Shown here: piece by piece, positions 19,891-29,622 of the stretch
How the letters are laid out: each line of letters opens with the position of its first letter
Position numbering within the stretch: position 1 is the first letter of the stretch
Assembly (NCBI GenBank): GCA_964437495.1
Contig: CAYTGV010000002.1
Location: 87,582 to 151,581, forward strand
DNA from: an uncultured Planctomycetia bacterium
GTDB taxonomy: Bacteria > Omnitrophota > Gorgyraeia > B26-G9
Length of the DNA stretch: 64,000 nucleotides
Direction of reading: 5' to 3'
Notes under the pieces: model-generated
The model's database searches: none
Told to the model about the DNA's origin: nothing
The model's input: the letters and a program-made list of their open reading frames with translations, nothing else
Program-made: the position numbers and the translations under genes

Positions 19891-19967
19891 TGGTGGGCGA
19901 TAGAGGACTCGAACCTCCGACATTTGCGATGTGAACGCAACGCTCTAACCAACTGAGCTAATCGCCC
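19891..19967 (-). tRNA. tRNA-Val (anticodon CAC)
   Basis: Minus-strand sequence 'GGGCGAUUAGCUCAGUUGGUUAGAGCGUUGCGUUCACAUCGCAAAUGUCGGAGGUUCGAGUCCUCUAUCGCCCACCA' folds as a cloverleaf. The anticodon loop is UUCACAU and CCA is encoded. Confidence 0.85.
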
Positions 19968-19984
19968 AAAAAATTAAGTCCTAA

Positions 19985-20060
19985 ATTATCACTCTAACCC
20001 CCCACCATTCTTCATGGTGGGTCCGCCAATCTCTTTGGCGGAAACTGAGCTAATCGCCCG
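19985..20060 (-). other. tRNA-like fragment: duplicate of the first 18 nt of tRNA-Val followed by two perfect hairpins
   Basis: The minus strand reads 'GGGCGAUUAGCUCAGUUU', then 'CCGCCAAAGAGAUUGGCGG', then 'CCCACCAUGAAGAAUGGUGGG', then 'GGUUAGAG...'. It cannot form a full cloverleaf. Confidence 0.4.
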
Positions 20061-20214
20061 GGAAAACGAATAATCAATTACACAATTAATATATCCCAAC
20101 TGCTCGATTCCAAATTAAAAAAATAAAACATGTCCCTCGACTTTGCTCGGGATCATTCGACTCTTCTCTTGCGCATGGCTTACCATGAGCGAGAAGTACA
20201 AACGACGAATCGAA

Positions 20215-20291
20215 TGGTGGGCCCACGAGGACTCGAACCTCGGACCAAGAGATTATGAGTCTCCTGCTCTAACCAACTGAGCTATGGGCCC
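20215..20291 (-). tRNA. tRNA-Met, elongator type (anticodon CAT; Ile2/lysidine alternative not excluded)
   Basis: Minus-strand sequence 'GGGCCCAUAGCUCAGUUGGUUAGAGCAGGAGACUCAUAAUCUCUUGGUCCGAGGUUCGAGUCCUCGUGGGCCCACCA'. The anticodon loop is CUCAUAA and the 1:72 pair is G:C, so it is not an initiator. Confidence 0.8.
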
Positions 20292-20607
20292 TATACTCGA
20301 ATATTTTACAATACTGTCTACTGCAGACAAAAATCTCATTACATCTGATGCGTTTTACTCTCTAAGAGTCCTCTACGTATCACCGAGGATACGTCTATGG
20401 GCTCTTCAGTCGCAAGCCTTGCATCTGCAATGATCTTCGTGTCTTCGCTACAACACTACACTAAAGTATCCGAGAAACAGTGAATTAAAATATATCAAAA
20501 TTCGATAGGTAAGTCAAGAAATAGTATAAGGTGAAGATAAGCAGGCAAGATTATCCGACAAGCAGGTTAACTCAAACATATCTACTAACCCGCCTGCTGT
20601 ATAGTAT

Positions 20608-22467
20608 TTAGAGAAAATCTCTGTGTTCGCTCATAGTTACTTCAAGAAAATCACGTAGTCTTTTACTTCTAGTCGGATGCCTTAATTTTCTCAAGGCCTT
20701 GGCTTCTATTTGCCGCACCCTCTCTCTTGTAACATTAAATATCTTTCCTACTTCTTCAAGCGTCCGAGGATACCCATCTTTGATACCAAAACGAAAAATA
20801 AGTACCCGTTTCTCTCTATCCGAAAGAGTCTCCATCACATGTTCCATCTGTTCCTTAAGCATGGAATGTGCAGTTGCCGTTGCAGGACTTACCACTCGTT
20901 TATCTTCAATAAAATCGCCAAAATGAGTATCCCCTTCTTCTCCAATAGGAGTTTGCAGGGAAATCGGTTCTTGAGCAATTTTAAGAATTCCTCTTATTTT
21001 ATCAACAGATATCTGCATCATATCACTCAATTCCTCAGGGGTAGGCTCACGCCCATGCTCCTGAACCAGAAAACGAGACGCGCGAATAAGCTTGTTTATC
21101 GTTTCAGTCATATGTACAGGTATCCTTATAGTCCTTGATTGATCGGCTATTGAACGCGTAATCGCCTGACGAATCCACCAAGTCGCATAAGTGCTGAACT
21201 TATATCCGCGCTTATACTCAAATTTATCTACAGCCTTCATAAGCCCGATATTGCCTTCCTGTATAAGATCAAGAAAAGACAGGCCTCTATTAGTGTACTT
21301 TTTTGCTATACTGACCACTAACCGCAGATTGGCTTCCACAAGCGAGGTTTTTGAAAAAGTAAATTCATTTTCTCGACGCCTTATAATCCTTAGCATCCCT
21401 CTTATTCCCTCAACAGAAGCGCCGAATTCTTTAAGAATTTTTCCTTTTTTAAACTGCAGCTTCTGTATATGACCGCGAATTTTTTTCTGTCTTTGACGTA
21501 ATATTTCTCTGCCCAGCACTGAAATCTTTTCAGCACTATCTCTGATTGTCGCTGCAATCGATTCAATAATTGAAGTAGTAAAATTAAACTCAAGCAAGGT
21601 ATTTAATGTACTTTCCGGCCTGCGTACTGTTCTCAACCGGCCGGTTAATTTAGCAATTCGCTTCATAAGTTTGCTATGCTTAAGCCTGAATTCATCTCGA
21701 ATAATATCCTCAGGATTAACCTCTTTATCTAATATTTGGTTAGCTATTCGCAAGACAGTATAGCGAGAAACCGGACAACTTAAAACCGCTTTACGAAGCT
21801 CAAGTTCCGCACCTTCGATCTCTTTGGCCAGAGTAAGCTCTTCTTCACGGGAAAGCAGCGAGATCTTGCCCATTTGCCGCAAATACATACGCACAGGGTC
21901 TTCAACATAAGCAGGCGTCGTATTGCCAACAGGAACAGCAACTTTTTCCTTGGGCTCAATATCTGCACCTTTTGCCTTTACAACTTCCTCTTCAGAATCA
22001 ACAACATCAATATTTTCTCCATCAAGAACAGTAAGAATGTCATCAATTTCTTCCGAACTAACAACATCCTGCGGCAGAGCATTATTTAATTCTTCGAATG
22101 TCAAATAGCCCTTTTTCTTGCCTTTAGCAATTAACCTGCCCAGATTTTTAATCTTCTTTTTCAATGTTTCCGTAGTTATCGCTTGGGTATTTTTTACCTT
22201 AGGACGATTTTTCACACCAATTAATTTTTTCTTTGCAGCATTAGTTTTACTTTTTTCTGCAGCTTTCTTTTTAATCAGTTCTTTTACTGCTTTTTGCGAC
22301 ATGCTCTTTTGTTTTTTTCCCTTGAGCGCAACCTTCTTTTTGACAACTTTTTTTGCCGGTTTTACCGCTCTGCTCTTTAAAATCTTTTTCTTGGGTGTAG
22401 TTTTTTTCTTGAGCGCAGTTTTCTTTTTAACAACTTTTTTGTTCTGCTTTTTCTTTTCCTTTTTCAT
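20608..22467 (-). CDS. rpoD: RNA polymerase primary sigma factor (sigma-70) with lysine-rich N-terminal extension
   Basis: 619-aa ORF with sigma region 2 ('[38 protein letters not shown]'), regions 3/4, and the 'rpoD box'. The N-terminal ~100 aa are KK-rich and histone-H1-like. It overlaps the dnaG 3' end by 41 nt, so Met54 'MSQK' is an alternative start. Confidence 0.9.
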   Translation of the reverse strand: MKKEKKKQNKKVVKKKTALKKKTTPKKKILKSRAVKPAKKVVKKKVALKGKKQKSMSQKAVKELIKKKAAEKSKTNAAKKKLIGVKNRPKVKNTQAITTETLKKKIKNLGRLIAKGKKKGYLTFEELNNALPQDVVSSEEIDDILTVLDGENIDVVDSEEEVVKAKGADIEPKEKVAVPVGNTTPAYVEDPVRMYLRQMGKISLLSREEELTLAKEIEGAELELRKAVLSCPVSRYTVLRIANQILDKEVNPEDIIRDEFRLKHSKLMKRIAKLTGRLRTVRRPESTLNTLLEFNFTTSIIESIAATIRDSAEKISVLGREILRQRQKKIRGHIQKLQFKKGKILKEFGASVEGIRGMLRIIRRRENEFTFSKTSLVEANLRLVVSIAKKYTNRGLSFLDLIQEGNIGLMKAVDKFEYKRGYKFSTYATWWIRQAITRSIADQSRTIRIPVHMTETINKLIRASRFLVQEHGREPTPEELSDMMQISVDKIRGILKIAQEPISLQTPIGEEGDTHFGDFIEDKRVVSPATATAHSMLKEQMEHVMETLSDREKRVLIFRFGIKDGYPRTLEEVGKIFNVTRERVRQIEAKALRKLRHPTRSKRLRDFLEVTMSEHRDFL

Positions 22468-24250
22468 AAAATCTTTGCTCCTTTTTTAAACTATGGTAAT
22501 TTTCCAGTAACTCTTGAAATTCATATCCGGTTTGCTTGGAATCCTTGATTTGTTTCTGTAATTCATTTAACTTTAATTGCATGCTGTCAATTTTTATTTT
22601 TCTGATACAGTCCTCAAAACTCTTCTTGCTATCCTTAACACCGGTTTCTCCCACAAGAAGATTGCAGATAAAAGAACTTGCCTCCTCATCATTTAGGTTT
22701 TTTAATATCGCCGCAGGCTGTGTATCCTCTTTGTTCTGGTATAAATACATTACAACTTTTCTGGCAACAGGATCAGTAAACTCGCTGTAATGCATTTTAT
22801 TCTTTAATTGCTCAATAAATTCTTTATTCTCAAGCATCAATGAAACAAGCATTTTCTCTGCAGCTTTAGTCTTTTTGCCAGCTTTTCGCAAGTTTTCAAT
22901 CTTGCCGGGATTCCCAAAGGGGTGCACCTGGGGATTCATTTTCTTTAGCTCTAAAATTACAGTTTCCTCTGCCAGAGATAATGCTTCCGCTAAGTTTTTA
23001 ATTAAACTAGAGCGTAAAATTGCATTTTTGAAACGTCCTATTGTTTCAAGCATTATACCGGCTATCTGTGCCTTGCCCTCAGGACTTTCCTTGTCAAATT
23101 TTAACAGCAGTAAATCCAATTTATAATCAAATAAAGTCTTTGCTACATTAACTCTGTTTCTAAATTGATCCGCTCCAAACCTTCTCACATATAAATCCGG
23201 ATCAAAACCTTCACTGAGATCAGCGATCTTAACATTCATGCCCTCTTCAATTAACAGATCAAGACTACGCAGTGCAGCTCCCTGTCCAGCAGCATCAGAA
23301 TCAAAAACAATAACAATATTATTGGTATAACGTTTTAACAATCTTATATGATCATGAGTAAAAGCTGTCCCCAACGAGGCCACAAGATTTTTCACCTTAG
23401 ATTGAAAAGGAACGATAAAATCCAAATAGCCTTCTACAACTATGCAATATTCCTCCTGCTGAATAAATTTTTTACTTAAATTAAAACCATAAAGGTTTTT
23501 ACTTTTTATATATATATCCGTTTCCGGAGAATTTATATATTTAGGTCCTTTATCCTGGCTTTGATCAGACTTACCCTGAGCCTCAATAGTCCTGCCGCCA
23601 AATCCTACAATCTTACCGTTAGCATTAAAAATAGGGAAAATTAGCCTATTCCTAAATCGATCGTAAATCCTGCCTTGCGCATTTTTAATAAGCAGTCCGG
23701 AATTAAGAAGTAAATCATCTTTGATCTTTTTAGATCTTAAGAACTTCAATAAGCCATCCCATAAATCAGGAGCAAATCCAAGACGAAAATCAACTATACT
23801 TTCTTTTGATATTTCTCTTTTAACCAGATAATCTCTTGCCTTTTGAGCCTCGGTTTCTTTTATTAAATTCTGATGAAAATACCATGCAGCTAATTCATTT
23901 AATTTATACAATACCGTTGCCGCAGACTGTCTGTCTCCAGAAGCTTTATCATCCTCTGTTTCAATGCGCACACCTACTTTTTCTGCTAATAATTTTACTG
24001 CCTCAGGAAATTCCATATGCTCGCTTTTCATAATAAAGCTAAAGGCATCTCCACCCGCTCCGCATCCAAAACAATGAAAAATCTGCTTATCAGGGCTCAC
24101 TACAAAAGAAGGACTTTTCTCATGGTGAAACGGGCATAGTGCCTTAAAATTCCTACCGGCTTTTTTCAGAGGAATATAACCTGCAATTATCTCTGTTATA
24201 TCACATCGCTGCAGGATATCATCTAATTGTCTATCGGAAATTTTGCTCAT
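22427..24250 (-). CDS. dnaG: DNA primase
   Basis: 607-aa ORF with a CHC2 zinc finger '[30 protein letters not shown]' and a TOPRIM domain. It shows the classic dnaG-rpoD adjacency. Confidence 0.9.
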   Translation of the reverse strand: MSKISDRQLDDILQRCDITEIIAGYIPLKKAGRNFKALCPFHHEKSPSFVVSPDKQIFHCFGCGAGGDAFSFIMKSEHMEFPEAVKLLAEKVGVRIETEDDKASGDRQSAATVLYKLNELAAWYFHQNLIKETEAQKARDYLVKREISKESIVDFRLGFAPDLWDGLLKFLRSKKIKDDLLLNSGLLIKNAQGRIYDRFRNRLIFPIFNANGKIVGFGGRTIEAQGKSDQSQDKGPKYINSPETDIYIKSKNLYGFNLSKKFIQQEEYCIVVEGYLDFIVPFQSKVKNLVASLGTAFTHDHIRLLKRYTNNIVIVFDSDAAGQGAALRSLDLLIEEGMNVKIADLSEGFDPDLYVRRFGADQFRNRVNVAKTLFDYKLDLLLLKFDKESPEGKAQIAGIMLETIGRFKNAILRSSLIKNLAEALSLAEETVILELKKMNPQVHPFGNPGKIENLRKAGKKTKAAEKMLVSLMLENKEFIEQLKNKMHYSEFTDPVARKVVMYLYQNKEDTQPAAILKNLNDEEASSFICNLLVGETGVKDSKKSFEDCIRKIKIDSMQLKLNELQKQIKDSKQTGYEFQELLENYHSLKKEQRFYEKGKEKAEQKSC

Positions 24251-25202
24251 TTTCTTTTAATACGTGTAAACCCTGAACATTCTACAACATTGAGTTTTTG
24301 TTTTTGTTCAATTGAATCCAACAATAAATTCAGTCCTATAGTATCAGAAGATATATGTCCGAATATAACCGCATTTATATTTTCCTCTTTTGCCTTTTTA
24401 AGATGCTCTTCGCTTAAATGCATACATACAATCGTTCCAACCCCTGCTTGAGCCAAATTCTTGAAAATATCCTGCGAACCCTCAGTCCCGCCGGTCATAT
24501 CAACAAACACTTTTCCGCAGCGGAAACTGTTGCTGCCATTTATAATTTTAGGTCCTGCATTATTTTTTATGGCAATTTTATACTCAGGAATATCCTTTAA
24601 AATCTCAAGCAACTCACCCAGAGTATCCAGTTTTTTTTATCTATAAGCTTTTGCAGATAAGTTACCACATGGTTATCTGCTAGCGTATGTATACACATAA
24701 GCGAAATATCTAATAGCTTTGCTGCATCAATTGTTTTAGTATGATTTGCCGGCAGTAGCCTGCGTTCAATTTCAGTAATACGTTTATTCATAAGGTTATC
24801 TGCTATATTAATCGGTACTCCATGCAGATGAGCAATATCTGCCTGCATATACATAACCTGATGCAGGGCAGCAAGCGCCATCCCCTCAGGATGATGCGCG
24901 ATTATCAGATCAATTTTCTTTCCTTTTTGATTAAGTCTGTCCGCCAAAAGAACCTCGGCAACATCTATATCAATTCCCAAAAGAACCTTTTTGATCTCTT
25001 CATTTCCAGTACCGTATAAAATTCTTGTATCGCTGTAAAGATTTGTCATTCGGTCAATATCAAACTCAGCTTTTCCCGCATTTTTCAATTCATCGTATTG
25101 CTTTTTTATTTTTTGCATTTCTTTTTTAACACAAGCCTTACCGCGAGGATCCTGTTCAATTTCCTTTTCAATTGCAAATTCATAAAGTTTTTTTAATTTC
25201 AC
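24247..25202 (-). pseudogene. Nif3-family dinuclear-metal-centre protein (YqfO/YbgI-like), split by a -1 frameshift in an A8 homopolymer
   Basis: The 201-aa N-terminal ORF ('LIIAHHPEG', 'GIDIDVAEV') and the 121-aa C-terminal ORF are both Nif3-like. Reading an A9 run at 24631..24638 (T8 on the plus strand) gives a continuous '...QKLIDKKKLDTLGELLEILKDIPEYK...' protein. Confidence 0.7.
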
Positions 25203-25687
25203 TTTTTCTCCTAATAATTAAAATCAGTCGAAATCATCTTAAATTAACACCATCATTTACCAAGCAGGCAAAATAAACTTTGATTTATCGCAACACCGAC
25301 ACGGTAAAATAAAAAAAAGACAGGCTCAATCGAAAATGTAAACCTGCTAAAAGTCTACAAAAGTATCTCAAATATATACCTTTGGTCAAATTATATTTAT
25401 ATTTACAAATCAAAAGAATAAGATAACATCATGAAAATAAAAGAGTTAAATAAAAAAGGTCTGATTCTCTAAGAATCCAACCTCTTTTCAGTTTAATGTA
25501 AGTATATCATAAGAAGGGTCATCTGTCAAGGCAGGTTAAAAACAAAAAAAGTCATATAACACGTTTAATGACAATGCGTTACAATATTGACCTTAAGTAA
25601 TATTTCACCTGGTAAATACATGCAAACCAGGATTTCTTTTAAAAAGTATTTTTCTCTAACTATTCTGAGAAACAAAGCCAAGGAATA

Positions 25688-26188
25688 CTATTTTCCAGTT
25701 ATATAATAACTTATACGCATAAATTTAGTAAAATTACGAATCGCCTCTGTTCTGGCCTTTTCTTTTTCCAAATCATCCTGCGCGCTTTTAAATTCCCCCG
25801 AACTATTCAGGAGTTTTTGCATATACTGGTCTCTCTCTTCTTCACTCATTAAATTCTCCTTTATTGCCTTAAGCTCTCCTGAGTCAAGAAAAAAACCTCC
25901 GCATTGATAGCATTCATCAATATTTACTTCCTTAGCAGATGCATATTCATGAATATGCATGGGCAGACTGCATTTCGGGCATTTAATTTGTCCTCTGTTA
26001 TCGTCATTATTTCGATCATAGCTCAAGGCATCTTGAAGCGCAGAACCCAGGCCTTCATTCTGTTCATCAAGCTTAGCTAATTCCATCCAGTCAAACCAAA
26101 GCCCCTTACATCCGTTTTTGCAAACATCTATGCACACACCACCAAAATCCTCTACAATCATCTCCTTATGACAAACCGGGCAATTCAT
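25688..26188 (-). CDS. Tandem zinc-ribbon protein (zf-TFIIB-like, two CPxC...C repeats)
   Basis: 166-aa ORF with two repeats of 'CPxCxxxM...C...C.G.WFD.ELAKL'. Confidence 0.55.
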   Translation of the reverse strand: MNCPVCHKEMIVEDFGGVCIDVCKNGCKGLWFDWMELAKLDEQNEGLGSALQDALSYDRNNDDNRGQIKCPKCSLPMHIHEYASAKEVNIDECYQCGGFFLDSGELKAIKENLMSEEERDQYMQKLLNSSGEFKSAQDDLEKEKARTEAIRNFTKFMRISYYITGK

Positions 26189-26214
26189 AATAATTACTCC
26201 TTTCTAAACTATTT

Positions 26215-26400
26215 ATATACAGTTACTAAACATTAGAAAAATTACAATTGGTTACAAATAGTTACTACTAGTTCCCTGATAAAACCTAAATAAAAATTCT
26301 AATCATTACAACTATTCTTAAGCTCTAGTAACTTTTTTAGTAACCTTTAGTAACTTTCTTCTAATAAAATACCCTTTTACAGACTTTAAATAATAAAATT
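26215..26400. promoter_or_regulatory. Array of 5 copies of the 8-mer AGTTACTA/TAGTAACT (GTTAC core 7x) upstream of the zinc-ribbon gene
   Basis: The region contains 'cAGTTACTAaa', 'tAGTTACTAct', 'cTAGTAACTttt', 'tTAGTAACCttt' and 'tTAGTAACTttc', plus 'GGTTAC' and 'GTTACC', all within about 190 nt of AT-rich intergenic DNA. Confidence 0.45.
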
Positions 26401-26476
26401 TAATATTTATAAAAATGTTACCATTAATCGATATTTTTTTCAATCAAAGTTTCGACGCTAGCAGATTTAACCTACT

Positions 26477-27061
26477 CTACCTTCGCCACTGCTGCCACAA
26501 TTTAGATGTTTGGGACTTTTTTGCCTCTGCGTGTAATTTTTTAAATAACTCCATATACCATCGATTAGGAGTGGTATCAATTTCATAGGTATATCCTTTT
26601 TTTATAATTTCGGCATTAAGAAACACTTCTCTTTCACTCTTTTTTTCCGGAATAACAAAAGCATACCCCAATAAATCGCCATAATTATTTTCCTTTTTTT
26701 TATCAAACTCGATCCTAATCCTTTTACCGCCTATGAGATCCTCTAGCAAACATTTCGCTTCATTTCCCATCACTCTAAGAACCTCCTCAGGAACATTGGA
26801 TATCTTAGAATCAAATTGCAATTTATTTCCTTCAATAACTTCAGGTGTATCTATCCCGATAAGACACAGGTGCCGATCATTATCCAGAATAATCAAATCT
26901 CCTGATAGGACTTCCTTCATACCTATATCAAAATAATTTGATTCACTGTCATAAGAGTTTTTGTCGTTTTTAATTGCCGCAAATGAGCAATTGACAAAAC
27001 CTAAATATATAAGCAATAAGAACCCACTTATTAAAAATCTAAATATATGAAATATTTTCAT
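26477..27061 (-). CDS. Secreted thermonuclease (staphylococcal nuclease / SNase family)
   Basis: 194-aa ORF with an N-terminal signal/TM, 'HLCLIGIDTPEV' (SNase 'RLIGIDAPE' motif) and 'GDLLGYAFV'. Confidence 0.65.
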   Translation of the reverse strand: MKIFHIFRFLISGFLLLIYLGFVNCSFAAIKNDKNSYDSESNYFDIGMKEVLSGDLIILDNDRHLCLIGIDTPEVIEGNKLQFDSKISNVPEEVLRVMGNEAKCLLEDLIGGKRIRIEFDKKKENNYGDLLGYAFVIPEKKSEREVFLNAEIIKKGYTYEIDTTPNRWYMELFKKLHAEAKKSQTSKLWQQWRR

Positions 27062-27182
27062 GCAACCTCTTATCTTTAATAAACTGATTATAACCTCAGC
27101 TTAACATAAATAAAAACGATTTTCCAAGTAAATTTTAGGTTCTTTTTTTATTGAAATTAAATAAAAGAACCTAACCACCTAA

Positions 27183-27220
27183 AAAAAAAGCAACTTATAT
27201 AAAGTTGCTTTTTTAGGCAT
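27183..27220. terminator. Rho-independent terminator hairpin (bidirectional, A-tract/T-tract flanked)
   Basis: 'aaaaaaaaaGCAACTTtatataAAGTTGCtttttt' lies immediately downstream of the pilin-like gene. Confidence 0.55.
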
Positions 27221-27243
27221 ATTTAATATTTTCTTTCCGCTTT

Positions 27244-27648
27244 TACTTTACCAGCCACGGGAGCCCGACAGATGAAATAGTTACGATTCCTTCTTCGTCC
27301 ATAGAAATAAATTCATTTGCATATGGTCCATCCTGGCGAGTAGCCCTAATCTCAATAACAATTGCTCCGGCATTTTCTATAGTATACGCCCCTCAGTGTC
27401 ACCCTGAATAGCAGGCAAGGGTAGCCCCCAATCCTCTAAGAGAGTAATATCATTAGTGTATGAGTCCATATGCGCCCTGTACCATGACTCTGTGGATCGA
27501 ATTGCCTGCATACTTTGTTTAGCTTTACCAGCTTTTGTTTTTTTTAAGAGTTGCCATATAATTAGGCACAGCCAAACTTATAAGAATACCCACAACAATG
27601 ACTACCATAAGTAACTCAATAAGTGTAAATCCTTTTTTTCTAGACATT
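27244..27648 (-). pseudogene. Type IV pilin / pseudopilin-like gene (prepilin N-terminal methylation motif) disrupted by two homopolymer indels
   Basis: There is a good Shine-Dalgarno site (AGGAGA) and the ORF begins 'MSRKKGFTLIELLMVVIVVGILISLAVPNYMATLKK', but it stops after 42 codons. Removing one A from the A8 run (T8 at 27544..27551) and adding one G at the G4 run (C4 at 27389..27392) gives a continuous protein of about 134 aa. No ORF of 60 aa or more exists here as assembled. Confidence 0.6.
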
Positions 27649-27953
27649 AACTTCTCCTATAAATCAGTTTAGCCTTTTAAAAAATAAACTATTTTATAAA
27701 GCATGTTATATATACCATTTTTTAATATAAAATCAAAAAACCTAAGAAAATAAATGCATGCTTTTAAATTAAATATTCCGTCATATATTCCAGATCGATC
27801 AATACCTTATCATACAATTCCCTTAATGAGCTTTGCATAGTTTGCATGCCAACATTCTTGCCGACCTGAATAAGTGAGGGGATTTGCTTCCAATCAGCCT
27901 CTATTGTAAAATTTACCGACTGAATAATAGTTATACTTAGCTTACTCAGATAT

Positions 27954-28814
27954 TTAGCTGATAGCTTCTAGAATTCTGGTAATAACTTGCGGCTTATTTA
28001 AAGTAAAAAAATGCAATTTTTTAACCCCGTTACTTATAAGATCCCGGCATTGTTCTATCGTAAAATCTATCCCAATCTTTTCCATCTCTTCAGGCTGTGC
28101 CTTTACGCGCTGCATCTTTTCTTCAATATGTCCAGGGATTGTCGCCCGACAAATTGAAGCGAACTTTTTCACCTTCTCTACGTCAGTAAGAGGTAAAATA
28201 CCCGGTAAAACCGGAATAGAAATCCCCCGCTTATGCATACGGTCCAAAAAAGAGTAATAATACTTATTATCAAAAAACATTTGGGTAACAGCAAAATCAG
28301 CCCCAGCATCAATTTTCTGTTTTGTGAATTCCAAATCGGTTTGCATTGATGCGGATTGTATATGTCCTTCCGGATATACGGCAACCCCAATACAAAACTG
28401 GCCATAGTTTTTTAAGGTCTTCACAAGATCAATCGCATAGGAAAAATCATTCTTAGTAAAATCAAAGCCATCAATCCCTTGAGGAGGATCCCCCCTTAAT
28501 GCCATAATATTTTCAATACCTTTAGCCTTATATTCATCAAGCAGCTCTTTTATCTGGTTAAGCTTGGCGCCCAAACAAGTTAAATGCGGCATCACCTCAA
28601 GATCCCTATTTTTTAAAAGCATTGCCACCGCATCTTTAGTACGTTCCTGCTCAGCGCCTGCGGCTCCATATGTCATGGATACATATAGAGGATTATATTT
28701 CTTTAAAATTCCGACAGTATTCGCTAAGGATTGCCTGCCCTTTTCAGTGCGAGCTGGGAAGAATTCGAATGATACACCTTTATCTTTATTTTTAATGATC
28801 TGTTCTATTTTCAT
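27954..28814 (-). CDS. metF: 5,10-methylenetetrahydrofolate reductase
   Basis: 286-aa ORF in the MTHFR family ('FEFFPART', 'VSMTYGAAGA'). Confidence 0.85.
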   Translation of the reverse strand: MKIEQIIKNKDKGVSFEFFPARTEKGRQSLANTVGILKKYNPLYVSMTYGAAGAEQERTKDAVAMLLKNRDLEVMPHLTCLGAKLNQIKELLDEYKAKGIENIMALRGDPPQGIDGFDFTKNDFSYAIDLVKTLKNYGQFCIGVAVYPEGHIQSASMQTDLEFTKQKIDAGADFAVTQMFFDNKYYYSFLDRMHKRGISIPVLPGILPLTDVEKVKKFASICRATIPGHIEEKMQRVKAQPEEMEKIGIDFTIEQCRDLISNGVKKLHFFTLNKPQVITRILEAIS

Positions 28815-28894
28815 GATATTAAATTTTTCCGATTTTAGAATATTGTTAATATTATATCAAATAATCCTCTTAACTTAAAAACCATTTTATCCGA

Positions 28895-29089
28895 TCACCA
28901 GAGTATAAGCATAATAAAACTTATAATAATAAGTATTACACCTACCCACACAATAATTCTAGGTGCAGGATACCGCAACCGGCTTAAAAAACCCGTATCC
29001 CGTTCTAGGCTCTCACCGCAATAAAGACAGTTCAGCGCCGCCTCATCATTTATAGGATTATTACAATGCGGGCATTTAAATTTAGCCAT
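28895..29089 (-). CDS. Small zinc-ribbon protein with C-terminal transmembrane anchor
   Basis: 64-aa ORF with 'CPHCNNP...CLYCG' followed by a hydrophobic C-terminus. Confidence 0.4.
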   Translation of the reverse strand: MAKFKCPHCNNPINDEAALNCLYCGESLERDTGFLSRLRYPAPRIIVWVGVILIIISFIMLILW

Positions 29090-29106
29090 TTATACTCCAT
29101 TTATAT

Positions 29107-29604
29107 TTAGGCAAGCGCTTTGATAATATGCTCAACATGTTCAACAATAGTTGCATTTTTCATTAATTTCAAAATAATATTCGCATACTTTTCATAAAGA
29201 GGCTGCCTTTGCTGATAAATCTCTTCCAGAGTTCGCCCCTTAAATCCAATAATCCCCCGTTTACTAGCATCAGTAATATGCTCTTGCATACAGGCAATAT
29301 CAGCCTCAAGGAAAACTATCACAGAATTTTCTTTTAAAAAATCCATCGCCTCCGGTGAAAAAACCACGCTACCTCCAGGGCAAATAACACAACTATCTAT
29401 ATTCCCTAATCCTATAACAGCAAGCCTCTCCATCTCCAGAAACTTTTCCTCACCGTATTTATCAATTATCTCTTGTAACTTTAATTTTGCGTTTTTTTCA
29501 ATAATAGTGTCTGCATCAAGAAAAGTAAACCCCAGTTTTAATGCCAGTTTTCTGCCAATACTGCTCTTACCGGCTCCCGGCATCCCAATCAGAGTTATAT
29601 TCAT
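29107..29604 (-). CDS. aroK: Shikimate kinase
   Basis: 165-aa ORF with the P-loop 'MNITLIGMPGAGKSSIGRKLA'. Confidence 0.85.
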   Translation of the reverse strand: MNITLIGMPGAGKSSIGRKLALKLGFTFLDADTIIEKNAKLKLQEIIDKYGEEKFLEMERLAVIGLGNIDSCVICPGGSVVFSPEAMDFLKENSVIVFLEADIACMQEHITDASKRGIIGFKGRTLEEIYQQRQPLYEKYANIILKLMKNATIVEHVEHIIKALA

Positions 29605-29622
29605 ATAATCCCTCAGTTGCGG

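Noticed and set aside
19891-20291. Integrative mobile element at the tRNA-Val/tRNA-Met locus
   Set aside because: A tRNA fragment duplication is present, but there is no integrase, transposase, or cargo between or beside the tRNAs. The flanking genes are core (rpoD, rnhA). At most it is a relic.
20215-20291. Initiator tRNA-fMet
   Set aside because: The 1:72 position is a normal G:C pair. The anticodon stem lacks the three consecutive G-C pairs typical of initiators. It is called elongator Met (or Ile2).
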